Assembly: GCA_002104945.1 (NCBI GenBank)
Contig: MCFH01000005.1
Location: 1,054,001-1,118,000 of the forward strand
Direction of reading: 5' to 3'
Length of the DNA: 64,000 nucleotides
Origin: Piromyces finnis finn
Lineage: Eukaryota > Fungi > Neocallimastigomycota
A model generated the notes under the pieces. That model was given only the letters and a program-made list of their open reading frames with translations. It was not told the DNA's origin and did no database searches. Shown here piece by piece: positions 1 through 11,977 of this stretch. Positions within the stretch are counted from its first letter, which is position 1. Each line of letters begins with the position of its first letter. A program made the translations under genes and the position numbers.

Positions 1-918
1 CAATAATTAAAATGAATTTTGAATTTTTTTATATTATTTCTTATTGTATACTATTAAAATAAAAGAATAATAGATTAAAAAGAAACAAATAAACTTTTTA
101 ACTAATTCTAGTTCTAGTCGTTGATTTTATATTTTTATATATTTTATCATTATAAATCATATTCAACAAAATAAATGAAATTAAATTACAATTAACTTTT
201 TTAAAAAAGTTTATGGAAAATATTCTTTTTTATTATTTAATATTTTCCATAAACTTTTGAAAAAAAAAGTTAATAACTTATAACTTACTTAAAAAAATAT
301 TGAATTCGGAATTTAAAATTAAAACATTTTTAAAATTAAATACTTTCATAATTATTGATATTGATATAAACATAAAGTAGAAGTATTACAATAAAGTTCA
401 AATTATTCACACAATTTACTTTTTTTTTGTTAATTTTAAAAAACTAAATAACTTTTTACTGTAATTTGATTCATGTACTTATTTATTTGTTAAAATATTT
501 TTTACATGAAAATATATATATTTATATAACATTAAGTATCCTATTTTCCTTGTATTATAGTCGAAAATATATATGTAATTTTTAGCTTCAAATAATAAAA
601 AAAAAATAAAAATTAAAAACTTTAATAACCTTATTATACTTTATACCATTTCTCCAAAATTTTTCATATTTTAAACTTTTAACTAAAAATTTCGGTTCAT
701 TATTTTCATTATTTTAAATAAAATGATATATGAATAAAGTTTTGAAGTATATCAATCTAAAAAATAGGTAGATTATTATTTTATCAAAATAAATATTAAC
801 TAAAAAATTTTTTTCTTTTTTATTTTATTTACTATTCAGCATTCGATTAATAAAAAATATTACATTTAAATTAATTATTTACACAATATAGCAATTATAT
901 AATACAAATAAAATCAAA

Positions 919-1286
919 ATGAATGTTAATGTAGTTGATATACTTAAAATTATTTTATGTATTGTTTTACCACCTCTTGCTGTTTTTCTTGATAGGTAAT
1001 AAATTTAATCATCATATATTACCATATTTTAATAAATGTTTATATTGTCAAAATATTAAACTATTTAATAAATTATATAAAATAAAGAGGATGTGATTGT
1101 TCTTTCCTTTTAAATATTATCCTAACAATTTTAGGTTGGCTTCCGGGTTGTATTCATGCATGTAAGTTAAAAAATTCTATCACATATACTATCTAATGAA
1201 TAAATACATTTTTCATTTTTCTTACTAATTATTTTTTAAAATATATATATAATAAAATATATTTAGTAATTGTTATATGCAAATAA
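919..1286 (+). CDS. PMP3: Pmp3/UPF0057-family small plasma-membrane proteolipid (56 aa, 3 exons: 919-995, 1088-1161, 1267-1286)
   Basis: Not in the ORF track. Manual splicing at GT-AG sites gives MNVNVVDILKIILCIVLPPLAVFLDRGCDCSFLLNIILTILGWLPGCIHALIVICK*. This has the family hallmarks (I..LPPLAV, LLNI.LT.LGW.PG.IHA) and two hydrophobic helices. Confidence 0.92.
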
Positions 1287-2691
1287 TTTCTCACTAATTA
1301 ACAATATAAAAATCAATATTAATATATAAAGCAATATTTTATTTTTATTACTTTTCCTATTTTCAGTTTTTACATAATATTTAAAAAAATATAAAAAATA
1401 TAAAAATATATACAAAAAAAAATAACAAAAATGTAACTTTTCATTAATATTTATGTAATAGACATTAACAAATTACTCAATTTTTTTTAAAAATTATTAG
1501 CTCCATTACTCATATAATTGATAATACGTTTTCATAATTTATTATAACAGCATCTTTAGGAATCTTTACACACTGCAATATTAATTTATTTTTAACTATT
1601 ATTAAATCATATTATTATATGTAATGTTTAGTTAAAATTCATCATGTTTAATATCATTTTATTCATTACAAAAATAATGGTAATGAATTTCGTAATAAAG
1701 ATTTAAATATAAAACAAATAATAAATAATATTTTTAATGAGTTATTATTACTTAAAGTTTATTTTAATTATAATTTTGTATGAATTGTTAATTGTAATAT
1801 ATAAGAAGTATTTTGAATTTTTATAAGCATTTTATTTAGTTATTAATAGAGGTATTCTTGTTTTAGTTAAATAGTTACGAAAGAATTACTATTTAGAAAA
1901 TAAAGTTATTTAATAAAATATATATTATTTAAAATTAAATTCTTTCTACATAAAATTAACCTGTATAAAAACATTGATCATATGCTTTCCTATATTTTTT
2001 TTTTCTAAATTAAAAACTGAAAACCTTAATTTAAAAGCTAATTTGACATTTAAATAAAAAATAAATTAATATATGTAACAATATATATTATATATTGAAT
2101 ATTAATTGAAATGTCAATGTAATGTAATTATCCTTTTTTTTTTTGACTTGGATAAAAGGGGGAATGAAGGAAGAACTATTTAAAAAAAAAATAGTTGTTG
2201 ATTATAAGATTTTAAATATATGTTAGTTGTTTTAGTATTATTTAATCATCAAGCAAATATAAATTATCATCAAATATTTTTACTTTTTTTCATATATTTT
2301 TCACATTTCTATTATTCAAAATATTTAGCATCTTAATAGTATATAAGTTTTTAAATTAAAACTGTTATTTCATTATAATAATTAACTAAACACTTTATCA
2401 TAATACGATTAAAAAAATTATTATTAATAATATTAATATTATTACTTATTAATAGTTTTATATCTTCAAGATTGCTCCTCAATAGTGTTATTAAATAATA
2501 ATTTTTTTTATATTCAATTATTATTATTATTATTATTTATTATTATGATTTATCTTTACTAAAAAAAAAACATTCTATATATATATTAAATCATTTTACT
2601 TTTTTAATAGTTATTTCATTATTAATACTATTACTGTAATATAAATAATATTTTTTTTTACATATATTTTGTTTAATTATAGTAAAATGAA

Positions 2692-2735
2692 AAATAACCC
2701 ATTCTATGATTATTTCATAAAGATATGGGTTATTT
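2692..2735. repeat. 44-nt imperfect inverted repeat / hairpin
   Basis: AAATAACCCAT (2692-2702) is the exact reverse complement of ATGGGTTATTT (2725-2735). Inner pairing TCT/AGA and ATGA/TCAT surrounds a 5-nt loop. Confidence 0.7.
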
Positions 2736-3667
2736 AAGAAAAATAGAACACTTTTTTGTACATTTTTTTAATAATTTAATTAAATAGTTGAATATTCTTT
2801 ATTATATTATTATAGACTATAATATATAATTATAAAACAATTATCCAATGATATTGTTTACTTCTAATAGATAATAAAAATAGTTTTTATTAAATATACA
2901 TTACATTCAATTTACTATAATATTAAAGTTTACAATAAGTGAATGGATATTTGGATATCTATTTAAATAAATGTTTTAATATTAATAGATGAAATAATAA
3001 AATTTAAATAAATAGATTATATTACTTTTAGCATATGATTAACAACTTGATTAAACATATGTTTAATAAAAAAGTATAAATAAAATAATTAAAATATCAA
3101 CTACCTTTTACAATTTTATTTTTTTTTTTTTTTGACTTTTATAAACTAATTTTATTAAATAAAAAAAAAATAATTAAATACAATATTATATTATATTATA
3201 TTTCATTTTTTTCATTTTATTTATTGATACTTGAGTATTTATATTTTATTTTTAATATAATACTATTATTTTAAATATATATAATAAAAGTTCTTAATTT
3301 CTTTTTCTATTATCAAAAAAAAAAAAAACCTTTTAATAAAATATATTAATAATATATATTAAAGATAAAAAAAAAAGGAAGAAAAGGAAAGAAAAATATT
3401 GTTAATAATAACTATTTATTAAATATATCAAATAAGTAAACAACAAGAATAAAAGAAAAAAAATATAAAAATTTTTAGCAAAAGATCAAATTATATAATT
3501 TTTGTAAACAAAAAATTAAAACCAAACTTCAAATAGTATCAAAACAATAATAATTATTAATAGAAAAGATAGTGAAAGTTAATAAAAAAAAACTGAACTT
3601 TTCATTCTCTTTATCTAAAGTAATTTATCCAAACAAAAAATATATAATTAAATTAAATCTATAAAAA

Positions 3668-5212
3668 ATGTACCCAGGTGCTTATGGTTCTGGTGGTAGA
3701 ACCAGTAAAAAAAATTCTGGAAGTTCCAGTAACAACAGTAATAACAATAATAATAATAATAATCAGCCATATCCTCCACAACAATCACAACAAGGACCCC
3801 CAGCAGGAAATTTCAATCAAGCAGGATTTAATCCATATGGTGTAAATAATCAATATGTTCCTCAAGGTGGTTATAATCAGGGACCATATGGCGGCCCATA
3901 CGGTGGTCCTCCACCACCATATGGTCCTCCATATGGAGCACCAGGTTATGGTCAACCTGGGCCATATGGACAACCAGGTTACGGTCAACAAGGTTATGGT
4001 CAACCAGGACCATATGGACCTCCACCTCCACAAGGCTCTTATGGAAGTCAAGGACCTTATGGAACACCTTATGGTGCTCCACCACAAGGTCCACAAGGAG
4101 GATATGGTTATAATGGAAACTATGGACAACAACCATATAATGGACCAGGTGACCCATATTTAGCTACACCATACCAAGGTCAACAGCCATACAATAACCA
4201 ATATAATCAACAACAACAACAACCATATAATACTCCAGCACCAAATAGTGCACCAACTTATTATCAACCACCAGCTGAATATTATCAACAACACAAAATT
4301 TCAAATTGTCAAGGTAATAAAAAAGCTTTGTTAATTGGTATTAATTATATTGGTCAACAATACCAATTAAGTGGTTGTATTAATGATGTTCAACACATTA
4401 AAGAAGTTATTACTACTAAATTTGGTTTCTCAGATAGTCCAGATAAAATGGTCATTTTAACTGATGACCAAAAAGATCCAACAAAGATTCCAACTAGAAA
4501 GAATATGCTTAATGCTATGAGATGGCTTGTACAAGGTTGTCAACCAGGAGATTCTTTATTCTTCCATTATTCCGGTCACGGTAGTCAAAAGAAAGATCAA
4601 GATGGTGATGAAGTCGATGGTTATGATGAAACTATTTTACCAGTTGATTATAAAAAGAGTGGTCAAATTATTGATGATGAAATGAATGCTATTATGGTTA
4701 GACCATTACCAGAAGGTGTACGTTTAACTGCCATTTTTGATTCATGCCATAGTGGTACAGCTTTAGATCTTCCATATGTCTATGCAGATGATGGTAAATT
4801 AGTCGTCCAAAAGGGTCCATCCTCTATTAAGATGCTTACTGATACCATTAATAGTTTTGCTACTGGTAATGTCTTAGGTATTATCAATAATGTTATTAGT
4901 TTCGCTGAATCCGATAAGATAAAGAAAAACAGTGCTAAGGCTAAAAAGAAGACTGAAGAAACTAAATCTACTTTTGCTGATGTTATTATGTTCAGTGGTT
5001 GTAAAGATAGTCAAACAAGTGCTGATACAAAAATTAATAGTCTAGCTACTGGTGCTATGTCATACGCTTTTATTAAAGCAGTCATGACTAATAATGATTT
5101 ATCTTACTTACAATTATTAAAGGAAACTAAAAAGCATTTAGTAAACTACAGTCAAAAGCCTCAATTAAGTTCTGGTAGATTAATGGATATGAACCAAAAA
5201 TTCATTATGTAA
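3668..5212 (+). CDS. MCA1: Type I metacaspase with long Pro/Gly/Gln/Tyr-rich prodomain; intronless
   Basis: Contains KKALLIGINY, LSGCINDV, catalytic His in FHYSGHG, catalytic Cys in IFDSCHSG, DVIMFSGCKDSQTSAD and the C-terminal QKPQLSS, all canonical for fungal Mca1. Confidence 0.97.
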   Translation: MYPGAYGSGGRTSKKNSGSSSNNSNNNNNNNNQPYPPQQSQQGPPAGNFNQAGFNPYGVNNQYVPQGGYNQGPYGGPYGGPPPPYGPPYGAPGYGQPGPYGQPGYGQQGYGQPGPYGPPPPQGSYGSQGPYGTPYGAPPQGPQGGYGYNGNYGQQPYNGPGDPYLATPYQGQQPYNNQYNQQQQQPYNTPAPNSAPTYYQPPAEYYQQHKISNCQGNKKALLIGINYIGQQYQLSGCINDVQHIKEVITTKFGFSDSPDKMVILTDDQKDPTKIPTRKNMLNAMRWLVQGCQPGDSLFFHYSGHGSQKKDQDGDEVDGYDETILPVDYKKSGQIIDDEMNAIMVRPLPEGVRLTAIFDSCHSGTALDLPYVYADDGKLVVQKGPSSIKMLTDTINSFATGNVLGIINNVISFAESDKIKKNSAKAKKKTEETKSTFADVIMFSGCKDSQTSADTKINSLATGAMSYAFIKAVMTNNDLSYLQLLKETKKHLVNYSQKPQLSSGRLMDMNQKFIM

Positions 5213-7667
5213 AAATTTTTAATATAATTTAATTATCATTTTTCTTAGAAAATAATGAATTACAAAAAATAATAATAATAATAATAATAATATAAAAAGC
5301 ATTGTTGCTACATATTAATATTAATAATTATCATTACCTTTTAGCTTTATTTGAATTTTGAGAAATATTTAAATTAAAATATATTCAGACTATACTTTTT
5401 TTTATATATAAAAATACATATCGTATAATCGAAAAAATAAAAAATAAGAAATAAAAATAAAAATAAAAATAAAAAAATAAAATAATAATATGAAATTAAT
5501 TATTTATATTTAATTATATCTGCATCTTACATAAACATAATTTCAAAATTTTAAATAAATGAAGTTATAATTACTTTTATATATATATATAATAAGGGAA
5601 AATAATAATTATTTTTAAATAAAATCAATAACCATTTTTTTAATTTTCTTATATCTATTATCTCATACCAGAAATATTTTTTATTTATTATAAATAAAAT
5701 TCTTAGTAAATATTTAAATCAATATCAAAAAAAAAAAGACCTTTATTAAAAAAATTGTCCTTTATTAATTAAATGGTGGGTTAATAAAAACATTAATATT
5801 ATTAAATCATATGTCTATATTTTAAATTAAAATTATTTATTTACTATTTTAAAAATCAAAATAGTCATATATTTTTTGCTTCAATTATTAAATATAATAA
5901 TAATAAAAGAAAAAAAAAAGGAAAAAAAAGCATATAATTTTAATAAAAGGTTTCATTTATTTAAACATTGAGATTTATATTTATAATTAATACTTTTAAC
6001 AAAACAATTAGTTATTCCTGATTAAACTCATATTTTATTTTAAATTATTTATCTAATCTAACCTATAAATTAAATAGATATTATTCTATATTATAATTAT
6101 AATAAAAAATTGTAAATGAATTTTAGTAAGATTATATATAATTTTAATTTTTTATATATTAACTATAAACTCAAATTATTAATTTTTAAAATAATAAGAA
6201 AAGCTTAAAATAGAAGGAGTATTTTTTTTTTTTAAAAAAATTACTTTTTATCATTTTTTTGTCCAAATTATAAAGATTAGACCTTTTTTTTAAAATAAAA
6301 AAAAAAAAAATTAAATTGAATGAAAGTTAGAGCGACTAAAACAAATAAATAAATAAAAAAAATAGTATTTATATATTAAAAAATATATAATACTATATAT
6401 TTCAATATATAAATATTTTTTTTTTATTTTTTTCTTTCCATTTCATTTTAAAATACTTTTCAAATGATTCTTTTATTATAAATACATATTCATTCAATAG
6501 CTTTAAATATACCTGTTTATATTATATATGATATATATATATAAATTTTAATTAATTAACAGCTATTTAACTATTATTTTATAAAGTCTTTTTTTATATT
6601 ATTATAATAATTTTTTTCTTAATTAAAATATAGAATAAAATAAAATTAAAAAAAAAAAAAGTGTAGAATTTAGTATAAATAATATATATATATTAGTATT
6701 TTCTTTTCTTCTTCTTCTTCTTTATTTTTAGTTTTAATTAAATATTATTATAAATATCTATATACAACCATTTTTGTTAAAGAATAAATAATTTAAATAA
6801 TTTGTGTAAATTTTTTTTCTCTTTTTTTATAAGAAAACAAAAACAAAAATAAAAAACGTTATAATAGAACTGGAATTAAAAAAAATATATTAAATACATG
6901 TAAATATTATTTTAAAAATTTATTTATACATTTATTTTATTATAATTTGTATATTTTATTATTGATTATTATATATAAAGGTAATCCTTGGATGATATCA
7001 GTAATAATTTAATATCCAACTTTTATTATTATCATCACTTTTATTATTTATAAACTCTATTTGTATTTAATTCGTTTAAAAGGATGACAGATTATAATAA
7101 GAAATGTAGAATATTTCAAAATATAATTTAAAACAAAGTTAATCCAGTAGATTTCGATTAAGTTTTATACATATAAATTCAAATAACAATAACAAAAATA
7201 ATAATAAAAAAGTATGTTTTTTGGTAATAAGAGTAGATTTCAATTTCAAAACAATAAATTGTATTAATAACTTATATGTTAAAGAATTTATATAATATAT
7301 GAATATCTCTCTCTTTTTTTTTTTTTATTTAAATAATAATAATAATAGAAACAATAATAATAACAATAATAAAAGTTATCAATAAGTAAACATAATGCAA
7401 ATATAGTAAAATTATATTTTTTGTCATCGAATATATAAAACTTTCAACATAAATTATTATATGGAATTTTCATATTAAATAAAAATATATAATCAATAAT
7501 AGTAAATTGTGATCTCTGATTTTAATTATTAAATAATTAATTTTATTTAAATTATTTTATTATTATATAGATAATTATATAATTATATATATATTCCATA
7601 CTTATCTGACTTGAGCATATTAATATTCTCCTGCTACTTCTTTATTAATAGATAAAAAATAGACAAA

Positions 7668-10600
7668 ATGTATTTCAATAATCAACAGCAGCAACAACAA
7701 CAGAAGTTTATTCAAAATCTCCAAAAGATTCAACAACAACAACAACAGCAAAATCTTGGATTGAATCAGCTTCAATATCTACAGATGCAAAATCAATCAA
7801 TTCAACAACAACAGCTCCAAATGCAGCAGCAACAATATCAACAACAAATTCAATTACGTCAATTCCAACAACAGCAACAACAACTACAACAATTTAAACA
7901 ACAACAAATTCAACAAATGAAACAACAACAGCAGCAACAGATATATCAACAAATGCAACAATATCAATTATTAAATCAGCAGAATACGTTAACTCAATAT
8001 CAAAATGTAGCCGCTGCAAATCCTGCAGCAGCAGCAGCGGCAGCTTTACAAACTAATTCTGTTGCTGCTGCTGCTGCTGCTGCTGCCGCTGCTAAAAACA
8101 ATGCTTTACAACAACTTCAACAACAACCTGCACAATTTCAAAAAGTTATTCAGCAACAACAAGCATTAAATTCATCATTTGTAAATGACCAAGACTGGAA
8201 AACTAAAAATAAACAGAAAATAGATGAACAGAGAAAATTATGTATTCAAGAAATGTAACTATCTTGATTTTATAGTCTTTATTAGTGTCTTTAAGTAATA
8301 ACCAAACATTTCAAAAAGTAAATTTATCACATATTAATTTTTTCTATTTATACTTATTACAGTGTAAAGCGATTAATGGAAAATCAAAATTTGAATCTGA
8401 CTCAAGTTAATTCAAAGGCATTATTAGAAACCGCTACAAAAATTGAATTACAAATATTTACTAAAGCATCATCTTTTGTAATAATTAATTGAAATAGTTA
8501 TTTATTTTAAATAATATATAATATATAAAATATAAAATATTTATATAGTAATGATTTATTAAATAATATATAATTATGTAATTATATTTATAAAATGGTT
8601 GATGCAAATAACAGGAAGAATATAAGGCAATTATAACAAATCAATTACTTCATCCAAAGAATGGAGCTGGTAAATATACGATAATTATTATATTATATTC
8701 TTAATTATATTAATAATTATTAATTAATATTATCTTTTTATTTATTTATTTATTTATTTATATAGCAATAAAAAATAACATGCAAGTTAAAGTTCAACAG
8801 CCAGCTACTTTAGCCACTCATAATACTACACCTCAATTACAAGCAAGTATGAATATCAATAAAATTAATATTAATAGTATGTAATAATGTTAGCTACGAA
8901 TATTAATAATATTTCTTTATATATGACAACAGCAAATTTAGCAACCTCAGCATCTTTACAAACTAGACCACAAATTGCCCAACCAGTTGCTGTGGCAAAT
9001 ACTGTCCCTGTAAGTATAGTTAAGTGTGATAAAAACAATAAAAAATAATAATAAAATTAATTAACAATTAGTAATACTAAAATAAAATATGTTAATAATA
9101 AACATAAATATTAATATTTTATTTTAAATAGAAAACCACAGCTGTATCAAATGAAATTAATCAACCCGTTCAACTTCAACAAGCCACACTACAGAATCAA
9201 ACCCATACACAAGGAACACCTCAAACTCCAAGCCAAGCTGCAACTAAAGCGATAAATAAAGCCAATGATGATTTAACTGCTGAACAAAAAGAGGAAATGA
9301 TAAAAAAAGTAAAATAAGGCTATTATAAATATTAAATATTAAATCAATAAATGCTAATTAAATAAAATAATTAATCAATACATTACATAATGATTTTTTT
9401 TTTAGATTGAAAATGCTCAACAAATTGCACTTAAATTAAAAAAAATAATGCAAATTGTTAATATTAGTGATGCAAAAGTAAGAGAAAATCTTTTAAATAC
9501 GGTATTGTATAATAATAAATAAAAATATTTAAACTATAATAATTATTGTAAAAATTAAAATGAATATTTATTAAATAAATTTCATTAATATAATTTTTCT
9601 TTATTTTTTTTTTATTTAATTAGATTCTTTTAGTTCAACGTCAATATGAATGTAGAAAAGAAAAATTCATAATGGAAAATAACATATTTGAAAGAATTGA
9701 AAAGAATTTACATGTATATTATGATAATCTAATTAATCAATTTAAACAAAAAAAAATACAAATTGGTATATAATTTGATAAATAAGTATATATATTATAT
9801 TTTGTTATATATATAATATTTACATTTATATCTATTATATATATTTAATTTTTTTAAGGAGCAGGCAATGCAAATGCTGCCTCACAATTGACAAATTCCT
9901 TGGCATCAGCACAGCAAGCAAGAATTCAACAAATTCACCAAATTCAAGCACACCTTGCTGCTCAGAAAGCACAAACTCAAGCTAGTACCCAAGCACAACT
10001 TTCTAAGAAAGCTCAAGTTAATAATCAAGCTGCTGTAAAAGTAGAGGCTACTATTCCGGATACTATTAATAATACCCCAAATATTCAACCAAAATCACTT
10101 ACAGAAACTATCAAAACTGAAGCAAAGAATTTAAAAGCATCTTCATCAGAAGTTTTTACAAATGAAGGTATGTTTATTTAGATTTTAATTATTATATATT
10201 CTTTAAAAACAACGTCAAATAATGAAAACAATGATAAAAGATTAAATATATTTATATATATCATTAATTTTCTTTCTTTATATCAATGTTTTTATTATTA
10301 CTAAATATAAATGAATTTTTATAATGAAAATATGATGCACATTAAAAGATAATAAACAAGAAAATGATAAAACAACCACATCCTCATCAACTAAAAAAAG
10401 AAACAATAGAAAAACCAATACCACATCATCTTCATCTGTCTCATCAATTAATAATTTGTCTTCTAAGAAGTCTGAATCTTCTTCAACTGAATCAGGTTCC
10501 AAAAAGTTGGCTAATTCATCAAAAGATCAAGTTAAATTAGAAAAAGATGATTCATTTTTAGGAAAAATTAATAGAAATATTAATATTTTCGCATTAGAAA

Positions 10601-11977
10601 GCAAAAGTAAGATTTTTATAAAATATAGAAAGAAATCAATACCTGTTTTTTATAATATAATGAAAATTTGATTAACGTATATATATATTTAATAATTTTA
10701 TTATTATTAAATTTGATGTTATCTAGACTATAAAACTCATATAAAATCAAATTCAAAAACAAGAAATATTATTCAAAATTCATTTAAATATATTATTGAT
10801 CCAAATCATCCAGCTTATGGAATAAACTCTTGTGCAGAAGAAATTTCATCCTTATGCTTTCAAAGCAATAACATTGAACGTAAGACTAAACCATTGAAAT
10901 TAGAAAATATAAATGATAGTTCTAATGGTAAATATTTATTATTCATTGACTTATTATATAGTAAATTTAGTATATTAAATTTCTATGTAAATATATATAT
11001 ATATATTTTTTTTACCTCAAATATTTTTCCTATACTAATATATTTTTAATTTGATATAACAATTATTTCATATATTTATATATTTATATTAAAAAATAGA
11101 TCATATATCTTTATTTGAAGATATTATTAATAGAAAGAGTCATATTATTACAAGTGAAAATGATAATGATAATAAAAAGCCACAAACTAATAAAATGATT
11201 GCTGATGATAATGAAAGAAATAAAGTAGGTACTAAGAGAAAGTTTGATGAAATGACAAATACGGATTCTATAATTGTCAACAACAGTATTAAGAAAGCAA
11301 CGGTTAAAGACAAATATTCAAGCATTATTGATGAAATAAACTTTTTAAAAGACAAGTATAAGATTAATGTTAATATTGTAGATACATCTAATATTTCTCT
11401 TCTTTTAAAGGAAAAAGAAAATAAAAGTGGAGAAATTCCATGGAATGATTTTATTAATATGATTAATATTATTAAAAAAGAAGAATATCAAGATACAACA
11501 GAAAATCATACTTTAATGAACATAAATTATAACGATACATCCATAAAACAAAAGAATGCTCAACAAAAGATTAATAATGAACGTGTAATGTTAGTTATAT
11601 CTTTAAATCTTTCCAATTATATTGATACCACTGAAGTTGAAAATGAATATAATATACCAGGGGATAATCAAAATAATATTGTAATTTATGCTCGTATTCC
11701 AAAATCTACCCAACGCTACAGTCTTCAAGGAATATTTGATTGGAGTCTTTTATACACAAAGAAGAAATCTATATTCCAAAATTCTGAAGAAGATAATAAA
11801 TTAAAAGAAAAGAAAATTTATGACTTTATTTCGCATAAGCTTCATGATCAAGATGAAACTAGTGCCAAAGAAAAAATAAATATGGATATTGAAAATAAGC
11901 ATCCTATCACAATATCAAACCGTGTAATTAAAGTTTATAATATTGTTGAATGGATCGTAGAAGGTATTAAAAGTTAA
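7668..11977 (+). CDS. PolyQ/polyA-rich transcriptional coactivator with KIX-like domain, probable Med15/Gal11-like Mediator subunit (12 exons)
   Basis: Exons assembled in frame with GT-AG sites: 7668-8254, 8363-8477, 8615-8669, 8766-8846, 8933-9009, 9132-9308, 9406-9501, 9624-9765, 9859-10167, 10349-10606, 10727-10927, 11100-11977. The spliced segment DWKTKNKQKIDEQRKLCIQEIVKRL...LLETATKIELQIFTKASSFEEYKAII resembles the KIX three-helix pattern (DW...I...L...A.K.E..IF..A.S..EY). A KRKFDE NLS-like motif precedes a globular C-terminal domain. Family assignment is by resemblance only. Confidence 0.6.

Noticed and set aside
3785-4163. Three overlapping ORFs within MCA1
   Set aside because: Shadow frames of the GC-richer repetitive prodomain.
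9906-11355. Minus-strand short ORFs (9906, 10278, 11140)
   Set aside because: Antisense shadows of exons of the Med15-like gene.
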